64,000 nt of DNA from an uncultured Actinomycetota bacterium (lineage in GTDB: Bacteria; Actinomycetota; Actinomycetes; DATJPE01): assembly GCA_963736655.1 (NCBI GenBank), contig CAVTPM010000004.1, forward strand, positions 30,793 through 94,792. The letters run 5' to 3'. Positions 51,306 to 61,288 of this stretch are shown piece after piece (positions within the stretch are counted from its first letter, which is position 1; each line of letters starts with the position of its first letter). Made by a program: the position numbers and the translations under genes. A model generated the notes under the pieces. That model was not told the DNA's origin, did no database searches, and worked only from the letters and a program-made list of their open reading frames with translations.

Positions 51306-52283
51306 TCACGCATCGGGGGGCGTGAACGCCTTCGTCCGGCTCATACCGCCGGCGCGGCCCTTGGCCGCCATCACCAGCGCCATCTTGCGCGACGCCTCGT
51401 CGATCATCTCGTCGCCGAGCATCGCCGCGCCCCGCGCGCCGCCCTCGGCGGAGGTGTACCAGTCGTAGGCGTCGAGGATGAGCTCCGCGTGGTCGTAGTC
51501 CTCCTGGCGCGGCGAGTAGGTCTCGTTCGCCGCCTCGATCTGACCTGGGTGGAGGCACCACTTACCGTCGAACCCGAGCGCGGCCGAGCGGCCGGCCACC
51601 CGGCTGAATCCGTCGACGTCGCGGATCTGCAGGTACGGACCGTCGATCGCCTGCTTGTCGTTCGCGCGGGCCGCCATGAGGATCTGCATGAGGATGTAGT
51701 GGTAGGCGTCGCCCACGTCGTAGCCGGGCGGCTGCTCCCCCACGACGAGCGACTTCATGTTGATGCTGGCCATGAAGTCGGCCGGCCCGAAGATGATCGT
51801 CTCGACACGGGGTGAGGCCTTGGCGATCGCGTCGACCTCGATCAGCCCTCGTGCGTTCTCGATCTGGGCCTCGATGCCGATCCGACCGACCTCGTAGCCC
51901 ATCGTCGTCTCGATCTGGGTGAGCAGCAGGTCGAGGGCGATCACCTGCTGGGCCGTCTGCACCTTCGGCAGCATGATGCAGTCGAGGTTGGCGCCGGCGC
52001 CCTCGACCACCTGGATCACGTCGCGGTAGGTCCAGTGCGTGGTCCAGTCGTTGACCCGGACGACCCTGGCCTTGTCGCCCCACCCGCCCTCGTTGAGGGC
52101 GGCGACGATGGTGCCGCGCGCCTCGGGCTTGGCGAGCGGGGCGCAGGCGTCCTCCAGGTCGAGGAACACCTGGTCGGCGGGGAGGCCGCGCGCCTTGTCG
52201 ATCATCTTGGGGCTGCTGCCGGGGACGGCCAGGCAGGAGCGGCGGGGACGCAACGGGCGGTCGGAAGCGGTGCGCTCAGGCAT
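51306..52283 (-). CDS. HpcH/HpaI aldolase / citrate-lyase beta-subunit (CitE)-like protein (malyl-CoA/citryl-CoA lyase family)
   Basis: 325 aa intact: ...SCLAVPGSSPKMIDKARGLPADQVFLDLEDACAP...IMLPKVQTAQQV...IGIEAQIENARGL... Confidence 0.8.
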   Translation of the reverse strand: MPERTASDRPLRPRRSCLAVPGSSPKMIDKARGLPADQVFLDLEDACAPLAKPEARGTIVAALNEGGWGDKARVVRVNDWTTHWTYRDVIQVVEGAGANLDCIMLPKVQTAQQVIALDLLLTQIETTMGYEVGRIGIEAQIENARGLIEVDAIAKASPRVETIIFGPADFMASINMKSLVVGEQPPGYDVGDAYHYILMQILMAARANDKQAIDGPYLQIRDVDGFSRVAGRSAALGFDGKWCLHPGQIEAANETYSPRQEDYDHAELILDAYDWYTSAEGGARGAAMLGDEMIDEASRKMALVMAAKGRAGGMSRTKAFTPPDA

Positions 52284-52316
52284 GCTCGCACGCTATCCGG
52301 GAACCAGGTGCCCGCC

Positions 52317-53261
52317 TCAGCCGGGGGGCTCGACCTCGACGCCCGCCGGCGCCTGCGACCGGACGACGACCGCGATGCCGCCCAGCATCAAGGCCACTGC
52401 GGGAAGCACCTCGGGCGGCGGCACCTGGCCGAGGAGCACGGCGGCCACGACGATCGAACCAGGGACCTCGAGCAGGATCGCGAGCGACACGACGGTCGCC
52501 GACGTGGTCCGCAGCACGACGTTGGCCAGCGTGTGCCCGAGAAGCTGCGCGAGGATCGTGAGCAGCACGATCTGCGCCCAGTCCTTGGACGAGTAGCCGG
52601 AGAAGGAGGCGCCCGCGGCCAGACACGTGCCCGCGAGCAGTACCGCGCACAGGCTGTAGCAGAGCAGCGTGTACGGGCTGGTGCTCACCGTGCGCCGCAC
52701 CTCCGCGCCGACGGTGACGTACCCCGCCGCCGCCATCCCCCCGACGATCGCCAGCACGTCACCGAGCAGGACGTCCCGCCCCTGGCCTGCGTCGATGCCG
52801 GTCAGGACGAGGACTCCGCCGAAGGCGATCGCGATGCCCAACCAGGCCTGCCCGGGAACGGCGTGCCCGCGCGCACGGGCGATGAGCACCACCCACGCGG
52901 GCTGCAGGCACACCAGCGCCACGGACGAGGCGACCGACGTGAGGCGAAGCGACGGGATCCAGGTCGCGAAGTGAAGGGCGAGGAAGATGCCGGCGACCCC
53001 GGAGAGCCGGAGCTCTCGCCTGGTGAGCCCTGCCAGCTCCGCGCGGCGCTGGGGGCGCGTGGCGACGTACCCCCCGATGGCGAGCGCGCCGAGCGCGTTG
53101 CGCCAGAACGCGATGGCCAGAGCCGGCACGGCCGTCGCCACGACCAGGGGACCTGAGGTGCTCACGGCGGCGACGACCACGGCCAGCAACGCGACGTCGC
53201 GGGCGGGCGGTGCGCCGAGCGGGACCGGTGCGCTGGGCGGATCGTCGGTCACGGGCGGCAT
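52317..53261 (-). CDS. EamA/DMT-superfamily transporter (10 TM)
   Basis: Two repeated 5-TM halves, hydrophobic throughout; start set at an internal ATG of ORF 52317..53288. Confidence 0.7.
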   Translation of the reverse strand: MPPVTDDPPSAPVPLGAPPARDVALLAVVVAAVSTSGPLVVATAVPALAIAFWRNALGALAIGGYVATRPQRRAELAGLTRRELRLSGVAGIFLALHFATWIPSLRLTSVASSVALVCLQPAWVVLIARARGHAVPGQAWLGIAIAFGGVLVLTGIDAGQGRDVLLGDVLAIVGGMAAAGYVTVGAEVRRTVSTSPYTLLCYSLCAVLLAGTCLAAGASFSGYSSKDWAQIVLLTILAQLLGHTLANVVLRTTSATVVSLAILLEVPGSIVVAAVLLGQVPPPEVLPAVALMLGGIAVVVRSQAPAGVEVEPPG

Positions 53262-53358
53262 CGTGTCAGCCGACGGCCCCGTTCCCACGCCCGGCCATCG
53301 ATCCGGGCGCGGCGCGAGCGGGCACGGTCATCCGGCCGGAGGGCCTTAGTCTGCGGGC

Positions 53359-53979
53359 GTGCCCGATCCCCTCCGCCCCCAGACGCCTCAAGGACCCCGC
53401 CTCGGAGGGCTCCCGCTCGAGCCCACCGAGATCGCCGCCGGGGACCTCCAGCTGTGCGTGTGGGACGTCCGCATGGTCCCTGCCGTCCTCGAGGCGGCCG
53501 CCGACCCGGAGATCACCCGCTGGAACACCGTCTCGCTGGCGGCCGCCGACACCGGGGAGACACTCCGGGACGAAGCGGCGGCCCGGACGTGGATCGAGCA
53601 GCGCTCGAGCTGGGACGACCACGCCAGCTGGGCCGTCTGCGACGCCACCACCGGATCGGTGGTCGGCTACGTGTCGCTGCACCAGCTCCAGCCCCGGCAC
53701 CTCGCAGGGGAGGTCGGCTACTGGGTGCTCCGTGGGGCACGTGGTCGCGGGGTCGGGCGCCGCGCCGTCACGGCCGCCAGTGGGTACGCCTTCGGAGCCC
53801 TGGGGCTGAACCGGATCGAGCTGTTCCACGCCGTGGACAACCCGCCCTCGTGCAGCGTCGCGACCGGCGCGGGGTTCCTCCTCGAGGGGGTCGCGCGGCA
53901 GGCCTACCGCTACGGCGACGGCGCTCTGCACGACGAGCACCTGCACGCCCGCCTGGCCAGCGACCCCACCCCCCGCTGA
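53359..53979 (+). CDS. GNAT-family N-acetyltransferase (RimL/RimJ-like)
   Basis: ...VGYVSLHQLQPRHLAGEVGYWVLRGARGRGVGRRAVTAASGYAFGALGLNRIELFHAVDNPPSCSVATGAGF... (acetyl-CoA-binding R/Q-x-x-G-x-G/A motif). TGA stop lies inside the palindromic repeat. Confidence 0.8.
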   Translation: MPDPLRPQTPQGPRLGGLPLEPTEIAAGDLQLCVWDVRMVPAVLEAAADPEITRWNTVSLAAADTGETLRDEAAARTWIEQRSSWDDHASWAVCDATTGSVVGYVSLHQLQPRHLAGEVGYWVLRGARGRGVGRRAVTAASGYAFGALGLNRIELFHAVDNPPSCSVATGAGFLLEGVARQAYRYGDGALHDEHLHARLASDPTPR

Positions 53980-54036
53980 GGGTGACCTTGTGTACGCGAC
54001 ACGCGGCGTGTCGCGTACGTTTCGTCACCCTCAGCG
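53974..54036. repeat. 63 bp nested palindrome, copy 2 (one C-to-T difference from copy 1)
   Basis: Sits between convergent GNAT (+) and ycaQ-like (-) genes. Both stop codons lie inside the arms (cgcTGAggg and its reverse complement). Confidence 0.85.
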
Positions 54037-55253
54037 GGGGGTGAGGGACGCCAGCTCGAGGGCGAGACCGTCACCGCGTCCGGCGACCACGACCTGCGAG
54101 AGCCCCAGCCAACCCGCCATCAGCTCGAGCTCCGCCAGCAGCTCCTCGGCCGTGTGCTCGGGAGCCCCCGGCTCGGCGAAGGCCGCCTGCACGAGCAACG
54201 CACGTGCGGCGCGGTCGGCCTTGAGGTCGACCCTGGCCACGAGCTGGTCGTCGAGAAGGAACGGCAGCACGTAGTAGCCATGGACCCGCTGGTCGGCGGG
54301 AACGTAGATCTCGATCCGGTACCGCATCCCGAACAGCGCCTCGGACGCGCGACCGCTCCCACACCAGCGGGTCGAACGGCGCCAGGAGGGCCCGTGCCCT
54401 CACGCCTCGGGGCAGCCGGGCGTCGCGGTGCAGGAAGGCGGGACGACGCCATCCCTCGACCCGGACCGGCAGCAGCTCACCGGAGTCGACCAGCGCAGTG
54501 AGCGCAGAGCGGGCGTCCGCCGGACGGAGGCGGAAGTAGTCGCGCAGGCACTGCTCGCTGGCCACCCCGTGCGCCCGGGCAGCGTGGGCCATCAGCGCAC
54601 GGAAGGCCTCCTCCTCGGTGGGGTCGGGAGCCTCGAGGACGTCCCGGGGCAGCACCCGCTCCGGGACGTCGTACCGACGCTCGAACTGAGGCGTCCGGCC
54701 CGCCGAGGTGATCTGCCCCGCCCAGAAGAGGTACTCGAGGGAGCGCTTGACCAAGGACCAGTTCCAGCCCCACTCCTTGGTGGAGCGGGGCGCGTCGTGC
54801 GCCAGGGCCCGTTCGACCTCGACCGAGGTCATCGGTCCACGGTCCTGCACCTCCTGAAGCACCGCTGCCACGAGGTCCGCGTGATCGGTGACGACGGACT
54901 TCATGCCGCCCCAGGCGTCGTCACGCCATCGGGCCATCCGCCAGCGCAGCAGCCGGTGGGTCTCCGGCCGCACCAGCGACGCCTCGTGAGCCCAGTACTC
55001 CACGAGCCGCCTCGGGGCCCTGTCCGGAGGCACGGTCGAGCAGCTCCGGGTCGTAGGAACCGAGCCGGCTGAAGAGCGGGAGGAAGTGGGCGCGGACCAG
55101 CACGTTGACGCTGTCGATCTGCAGGAGACCGATCCGGTCGACCACCCCGGTGAGCTGGCGCATCCCCGGGTCGGTCGGGCGCCCAGCGGCGAGGCCCTGG
55201 GCGGTGATCGCGACCCGTCGTGCCTGAGCCCTCGACAGCCCCTCCGCGCGCAC
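54031..55253 (-). CDS. Winged-helix YcaQ/AlkZ-family protein (DUF1006; DNA interstrand-crosslink glycosylase family); two frameshifts (near 54330 and 55030)
   Basis: [26 protein letters not shown]...[31 protein letters not shown]... then ...[17 protein letters not shown]...[10 protein letters not shown]..., C-terminus ...[44 protein letters not shown]... over three ORF fragments. Confidence 0.7.
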
Positions 55254-55912
55254 TAGGTGATCTCGAGCAGCTTCTGCCGTACGGCGTAGACGACCGCTTC
55301 CATCCGCGAGTGCAGCTGGAGCTTCTCGAGGATGTTGCGGATGTGGTTCTTGACGGTGTTCTCACTGATGAACAGCTCGCGCGCGATGTCGCGGTTGTTG
55401 AGCCCGCGCGCCACGAGCTTCAGCACCTCGAGCTCGCGGTCGGTCAGCCGGGGCTCCCCGGGTGCGTCGCGCAGCTCGTCCTCACGACGCACCAGGGCCG
55501 CGAACTCGGTGAGGAGCTTCCCGGCCATCGCCGGACTGATCGTCGACTGGCCCCCATGGACCGAGCGGACCGCTGACAAGACGTCCTCCACGGAGCTCTC
55601 CTTGAGCAGGTAGCCGCTGGCGCCGGCACGGATGGCGGCGTAGAGGTCCTCGTCGCGGTCGCTCGCCGTGAGCACGAGCACGCGGACACCGGGAACCGCC
55701 GCCACCAGCGCCGGACACACGTCCAGCCCGCTGCGTCCCGGCATGCGCACGTCCAGCAGGATCACGTCGGGCACGAGCTCGATGGCGCGCAGCAGGGCCG
55801 CGTCGGCGTCAGCGGCCTCGCCGACGACCTCGAGGTCCTTCGTCGTCGCCAGAGCCGAGCAGACCCCGCGCCGGAAGAGCGCGTGGTCATCGACCACGAG
55901 CACGCGGATCAC
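55253..55912 (-). CDS. NarL/LuxR-family response regulator (no cognate kinase adjacent)
   Basis: VIRVLVVDDHALFRRGVCSALA...ILLDVRMPGRSGLDVC... plus LuxR HTH ...LTDRELEVLKLVARGLNNRDIARELFISENTVKNHIRNIL... Confidence 0.85.
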   Translation of the reverse strand: MIRVLVVDDHALFRRGVCSALATTKDLEVVGEAADADAALLRAIELVPDVILLDVRMPGRSGLDVCPALVAAVPGVRVLVLTASDRDEDLYAAIRAGASGYLLKESSVEDVLSAVRSVHGGQSTISPAMAGKLLTEFAALVRREDELRDAPGEPRLTDRELEVLKLVARGLNNRDIARELFISENTVKNHIRNILEKLQLHSRMEAVVYAVRQKLLEIT

Positions 55913-56089
55913 GGCCGACGCGTCACCGCGCACACCCCCGTCGAACGCGGGTGTCGGGGCCCGGCGCACCGCCGACCCCACGGCCGACGCGGCAGCGTCG
56001 GACACGGCACTCTCCATGGGACGAACCCCCCCAACTCGCCCATGATGCCACGCGGACGACCGCCTCGGAGCGTTCTTGCTCCGCCCTGC

Positions 56090-56683
56090 TCAGGCCTCGG
56101 TCGTCTCCAGCCGGATCACGCCGTAGTGGTAGCCCCTCCGGCGGTAGACGACGGCGGGCCGTCGGGTGTCGGCGTCCAGGAACAGATAGAAGTCGTGACC
56201 GACGAGCTCCATCGCCGCCAGCGCCTGGTCGAGGGTCATCGGAGCAGCCGTGTGGGTCTTCTCGCGGACGTCCATCGGACCGTCCTCGGGGTCCGCGGGC
56301 ATCGGCTCGACGGCCACCTCGAGAGGACCGGACGCCGACGCGTCGAGCATCGTGTCGGACTGGAGCGTCGTCGCTCGCCGGTGGTCGTTGCGACGGTCGG
56401 CGGCCTTCCGCAACCGCGCCTCCAACCGGTCACAGGCCGTGTCGAGCGCCGAGTACTTGTCGTCAGACGCGGCCTCGGCGCGGACGACCGGTCCCCGACT
56501 GCGGATGGTCAGCTCGACGCGCAGGGCGCGGTCGGCCATCCGGGGGTTGGCCTCCTTGGACACCTCGACGTCCACCCGCTGGATCTTCGGGTCGAAGCGC
56601 TCGACCTTCCCGAGGCGCTCCGTCACGTGCTCGCGGAAGCGCTCGGACAGATCGACCTGGCGACCCTTGACGACGATGTCCAC
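56090..56683 (-). CDS. hpf: Ribosome hibernation-promoting factor, long form (S30AE/RaiA N-domain plus C-terminal dimerisation domain)
   Basis: 197 aa MDIVVKGRQVDLSERFREHVTERLGKVERFDPKIQRVDVEVSKE...; C-terminal ...MTLDQALAAMELVGHDFYLFLDADTRRPAVVYRRRGYHYGVIRL. Preceded by an AAGGAGGG RBS. Confidence 0.9.
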   Translation of the reverse strand: MDIVVKGRQVDLSERFREHVTERLGKVERFDPKIQRVDVEVSKEANPRMADRALRVELTIRSRGPVVRAEAASDDKYSALDTACDRLEARLRKAADRRNDHRRATTLQSDTMLDASASGPLEVAVEPMPADPEDGPMDVREKTHTAAPMTLDQALAAMELVGHDFYLFLDADTRRPAVVYRRRGYHYGVIRLETTEA

Positions 56684-57037
56684 GGGTGTGCCCTCCTTGG
56701 TTCGGTGCTCACCACCAACCTATCCAGCCGGACCGCGAGCCGTGGCCGGTCAGGGTGACACCCGCCCGGCCGACCTGGTCTTCGACCCCACATCCGCCTG
56801 CGGGAGGGCTTGCAGCCTCGGGGGCCACTCCCCCTCTCTCCCGGGTCGGCAGCCATCTGGACCGCCGTCGGGGCAGGACTCACTCCTAAGCCGCACCGTG
56901 ATCGGACGACGAGAAGTCGCCTTACGTGGGCCGTTTCGCCTGCGGCTGGCATCGGCTTGCCGGGGGCCGCGGTGCGGGAGACCCGCACCACCGTTCCCGA
57001 CGCAACCACGGACCCGGGCGGGTGCCACGCACTGACG
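56684..57037 (-). promoter_or_regulatory. 354 nt untranslated region upstream of hpf (between comF stop and hpf start), G/C-tract-rich; candidate structured leader or small RNA
   Basis: No credible ORF here (ORF 56623..57009 overlaps the hpf start and is Arg-rich). Contains runs such as GGGAGAGAGGGGGAGUGGCCCCCGAGG on the transcribed strand. Confidence 0.3.
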
Positions 57038-57770
57038 CTAGCCCGTCGGGGCTGCCCGGTCGAGGGACGAGCGCCGGGGGGTCGCCGCCACCACGGCTGC
57101 GCTCACCGACGTCAGGCCGGCCACGCGCAGCACCCGAGTGGCCTCGACCAGCGAGGCTCCCGTGGTGACGAGGTCGTCCACCACCACGATCGCGACGTCA
57201 GGGTGGAGCCGGACGAGGTGGCGCTCACGGGCCCGGTGAGCACCCCTGAGGTTGGCCGCGCGGGCAGCCGCCGCGAGTCCTGCCTGGTCGGCGACGCGCC
57301 GGTCGAGGGTGAGCACGGGCACGACCACGGCCGGTCGGCCGGACCGGCGCAGCACGTACGCCGCGCGGCGGGCGAGGCGCCCGAGCGGATCGTGCCCCCG
57401 GCGTCGCGTCGCCGCACGCGCCGACGGCACGGGCACCAGCACCAGTCCGGCAGGAGGCACCCGGCAGGGCTGCTCCGGCGGCGGCGACCGACCGGGCGAG
57501 GGCGTCGCCGAGCGGCCGGGCGAGGGCGAGCCGGCCGCGCTCCTTGTGCGCGACGAGCGCCTCCCGCACCGGTCCCGCATAGGGCGAGACCGCCCAGGTC
57601 CGAGGGAAGCCCACAGGAACCGGCTGCGGCGCGGTCGGCCACGCGGCCGACTCCAGCGTCGAGGCACAGGCCGGACACCAGAGCTGCTGGGGTGCCCCGC
57701 AGCCCGCGCACAGGCGCGGGACGACCAGGTCGAGGAGCGCCTCGCCGACGACCCCGAGACGCTCGAGCAC
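57038..57770 (-). CDS. comF: ComF-family protein (phosphoribosyltransferase domain with N-terminal CxxC Zn-finger); one frameshift near 57440
   Basis: ...LVVPRLCAGCGAPQQLWCPACAS... (Zn finger) then ...VVVDDLVTTGASLVEATRVLRVAGL (PRTase motif) in a second frame. The position between hpf and lpqB matches Rv3242c. Confidence 0.7.
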
Positions 57771-57844
57771 ACCGTGATGCTGGTGGCTGGTCGGACGTCG
57801 CAGAACCGTCCGTCGTCAGCCGGTGGACCGACGCGGGCTGTGGA

Positions 57845-59548
57845 TCAGCCCGGGTAGGCAGGGGCCGACCCCTTGCCCAGGTTCTGCCAGCCCACATCGG
57901 TGTCGAGCCAGATCGTGCCGTCGCTCGTGGCGGCGATCAGCGGCTTGCCGGGCGCGGCGGCGATCCGCACCAGCCCCGAGAGCGACCCGGCCGCCCGCCG
58001 CACGGTGCCGTCGGCCTCGACGATGAGGGGTTGCACCACGCCGTTCGGCTCCTGCCCGAGGACGGCCATCCGGTCGGCGTCGGCCCACGCCACGTCGATG
58101 ACGTCGACGAGGGTGGACTCGACGCGACGCAACCCGCCCAGCCTGGGGGTCTCGCCGCGCTCGATCCGGCCGACCAGGAGGCTTCGACCGCCGGCGTCGT
58201 CTCCGACCACCACGGCCACGCGAACCCCGTCGCGGGCGATCCGTAGCGCGACGACAGGCTGGTCGGCCAGCTCGGGCGAGGCGACCCGTTGCGGCGGATC
58301 ATCTCCGGGTCGCACCGCCCAGACGGTCGTCACGCCGCCGGTACGGCTGGTGGTCCAGACGCTGCCGAAGGGGTCCCAGGACGGGGCGGTCAGCCGGGGG
58401 GCGACGAGCCGGGTGCGGACGGGCGCGTCGACCGAGGGAGTCGTGAGGAAGAGCCGGTCACCGGCTGGTGACAACGCGGCGAGCAGGTCCCCCTCGGGGG
58501 AGCTCGCGGGATCGGTCGCGGGGATGCTGCCGTCGCCCAGCTTTCCGGGCAGCGGGACGGGCTTCCCTGCCACCTGGACGAGCACGCGACCGTCCCGCTC
58601 GAGGTAGGGCTCGCCGACAGGAGGACCGTCCGGGGAGAACTGCGGCCACGCATCCCGCGCCTGCTGCGGGTCCAGACCGGGCAACGGGAGGCCCCCCGAG
58701 GTGATCCGTACCGCGGAGACGTCGGGGAGCTGACGAAGCGTCCAGACGAGCTGGGCGGCGAGCGCCTGTCGGTCCTCGAGGTCCGAACCGAGCACCGAGC
58801 TGCTCAGGTCGACCTGCACCACACCGTCCTGCACCGGGGCCGACGGGACCGTGAGCTGGGTGCCGGCGGGGAACGCCGTGCGCACCGCGGGCGCCAGCCA
58901 GTCGGTCGGACCCTCGAGCAGGGCCGTGACGAGACTCGTCGAGGCGACCGGGCCCACGGGCACGAAGACCGCGTTCGGGACCAGGCGCGTCGAGGTGCCG
59001 TCGAGGAAGTAGAGGTCGAAGGAGCGGTAGGAGCGATCGACGTCGAGCGGGGTGAGGAACAGTCCGTCCGGGAGGTCCGCGATCCGCCACTCCCCCTCGA
59101 CCTTCCGCATCGAGAAGCTCGCCTTGGTCATGCTGTCCGTGGTCGCCGCCTCGAACTCGCCCCGTGCGCTGATGGCCGCGACCTTGCGGGCGCTGAGCTG
59201 GAGGACGTTGCCGTCCTGCTCGAGGATCGTCCGGTCCGGGTCGTCGGAGTAGACGACGGCACCCTGGCTGGGGTCCCACGTCGCCGCCGCCTCCGGCGCC
59301 AGGAACTCCCGCGCGACGGAGTGGTCGTCGTCGAAGGACGCGGACGCGCGAAGGAACCCCTCGAGCACCTCCTGCTGGCCCATGCCCGCGACCGGACCCT
59401 TGGCAAGGACGCGGACGAAGGGGTCGTCCCGCTCGCTGCGCACCTCACCGCGTTGCTCGACCGGCCCGGAGGTCGGGATCTGTGCGCACGCGGTCAACGA
59501 CGCGAGGACGACGACCAGGGCAGCGGCCGTCCGGCCGAGCCCGCTCAC
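57845..59548 (-). CDS. lpqB: Lipoprotein LpqB (MtrAB-associated beta-propeller lipoprotein)
   Basis: VSGLGRTAAALVVVLASLTAC|AQIPTSGPV (lipobox LTAC); 567 aa. Encoded immediately downstream of mtrB with GTGA start/stop overlap. Confidence 0.8.
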   Translation of the reverse strand: MSGLGRTAAALVVVLASLTACAQIPTSGPVEQRGEVRSERDDPFVRVLAKGPVAGMGQQEVLEGFLRASASFDDDHSVAREFLAPEAAATWDPSQGAVVYSDDPDRTILEQDGNVLQLSARKVAAISARGEFEAATTDSMTKASFSMRKVEGEWRIADLPDGLFLTPLDVDRSYRSFDLYFLDGTSTRLVPNAVFVPVGPVASTSLVTALLEGPTDWLAPAVRTAFPAGTQLTVPSAPVQDGVVQVDLSSSVLGSDLEDRQALAAQLVWTLRQLPDVSAVRITSGGLPLPGLDPQQARDAWPQFSPDGPPVGEPYLERDGRVLVQVAGKPVPLPGKLGDGSIPATDPASSPEGDLLAALSPAGDRLFLTTPSVDAPVRTRLVAPRLTAPSWDPFGSVWTTSRTGGVTTVWAVRPGDDPPQRVASPELADQPVVALRIARDGVRVAVVVGDDAGGRSLLVGRIERGETPRLGGLRRVESTLVDVIDVAWADADRMAVLGQEPNGVVQPLIVEADGTVRRAAGSLSGLVRIAAAPGKPLIAATSDGTIWLDTDVGWQNLGKGSAPAYPG

Positions 59549-61231
59549 GACGTCCTCCGTACGGGCGCCGCCGCCGCGAGCGGCACCCGACGGTCGGCGC
59601 GGGCGTCGGGCGGTTCGAGCGGGAGCGGCGAGGACTCGAGGTCCACGCGCGAGCGACGCGGCAACGTGAGCCGGAAGTTGCACCCGTCGCCCGGAACCCC
59701 CCACGCCTGCAACCAGCCACCGTGCAGGTGGGCGTCCTCCATGGCGATCGCCAGCCCGAGCCCGGTGCCCCCCGTGGTGCGCGCCCGAGCCGGGTCGGCG
59801 CGCCAGAAGCGGTTGAAGACCAAGGCGGACTCGCCGGGGCGAAGGCCCACCCCGTGGTCACGGACCGCCAAGGCGACGGCGTGGGAGTCGGCGGCCAAGG
59901 TGATGACCACCGGTCGCCCCTCACCGTGCTCGACCGCGTTCACGACGAGGTTGTTCAGGATGCGCGAGACCCGTCGCGCGTCGACCTCGGCGACACAGGC
60001 CGTCTTCGGCACCTCGAGCACCAGGTCGCTGCCCTTGCGCTCCGCGAGGGGCTGGGCCGCCTCGATGGCCCGTCGGGCGAGCTCGACGATGTCGACCGGC
60101 TCAGCCTCGAGGACTGCGGCCCCGGCGTCGTACCGGCTGATCTCCAGCAGGTCGGTGAGCAACAGCTCGAAGCGGTCCAGCTGGTTCTGCAGCAGCTCGG
60201 CCGACCGCGCGGTGGCGGGTCGAAGTCCACGCGGGCGTCGTGCAGGACGTCGGCCGCCATCCGCACGGTGGTCAGCGGGGTCCGCAGCTCGTGGGAGACG
60301 TCCGACACGAACCGTCGCTGAACGCGGGAGAGGTCCTCGAGCTGACGGATCTGCCCCTGCAGCGAGCCGGCCATCTGGTTGAACGACGTGGCCAGCTTGG
60401 CGAGGTCGTCCTCGCCCTCGACCGCCATGCGTTCCTCGAGGCGTCCGGCCGAGAACTGCTCGGCGGTGCGCGCTGCCATCCGGACCGGCGAGACGACCTG
60501 CCGCGTCACCAGCCAGGCGATCCCGCCGAGCAGGAGCACCAGGGCGATCCCCGCGACGGCGAGGGTGCGCTTGACGAGGGCGAGGGTGTTGGCCTCCTGG
60601 CTGAGCGGGAACAGGTAGTAGAGCTCGTAGGCGCCCACGCCCGGCAGGACCAGCGGCGCGCCGACGGCGAACCCCGGGACGGCCGGGCGCCCGTCGGCGT
60701 AGACGACCTCGGTGTACGTCGAGGACTGGCGCTGGGTCTCCCGTACGGCGTCGCGCAGAGGTGGCGGGCACGCTGACCGCCGACACCTGGTTGGAGCCGA
60801 ACTCGGGCACGTCGACGAGGGCGTTGCCCGGCGACACCGAGCAGCAGGACCTCGTAGATGGACGGGTTCCCTGCCCGGTTGGCGAGCTGCCGGGCGACCC
60901 CGTCGACGAGGGCGACGTTGCTCAACGGGTCGCCGCCCCGCTCGGCGGCGTCGGCCAGGAGCTGGGCCTGGGCGAGGCCGGCACGGGCCTCGTCGAGGGC
61001 GGACCGCTCCTTGGCCGCCAGCAGACCGTCGGTGACCCGCCCGAGCAGGAACTGCGACAGCACCAGGAGCACGACGAGGGAGAGCGAGAGCGTGGTGAGC
61101 ACCACCCGCAGGTGCAGGGACGACCGCCACGCGTGCCGCGCCCGGGCGAAGGGTCGGGAGACCGCGAACCGGACCCGGTGCAGCACGTCCCAGGCGCGGT
61201 CGGCGCCGGTCGTGCCGTCGTGGGCGGTCAT
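59545..61231 (-). CDS. mtrB: Sensor histidine kinase MtrB; at least 3 frameshifts
   Basis: MTAHDGTTGADRAWDVLHRVRFAVSRPFARARHAWRSSLHLRVVLTTLSLSLVVLLVL (TM1), HAMP ...LAKLATSFNQMAGSLQ, H-box ...[21 protein letters not shown], HATPase ...NLVVNAVEHG...DHGVGL...GGTGLGLAIA... over three ORF fragments. Confidence 0.8.
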
Positions 61232-61288
61232 GACTCTCGTTCGTCTCGGGGCGGGGCAGGGGGAGGCGCACGGGGCCGGGCGCGGGCG

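Noticed and set aside
56623-57009. 128 aa minus-strand ORF in the hpf upstream region
   Set aside because: It overlaps the hpf start and RBS, is Arg/Pro-rich, and lacks a start context. Treated as non-coding leader.
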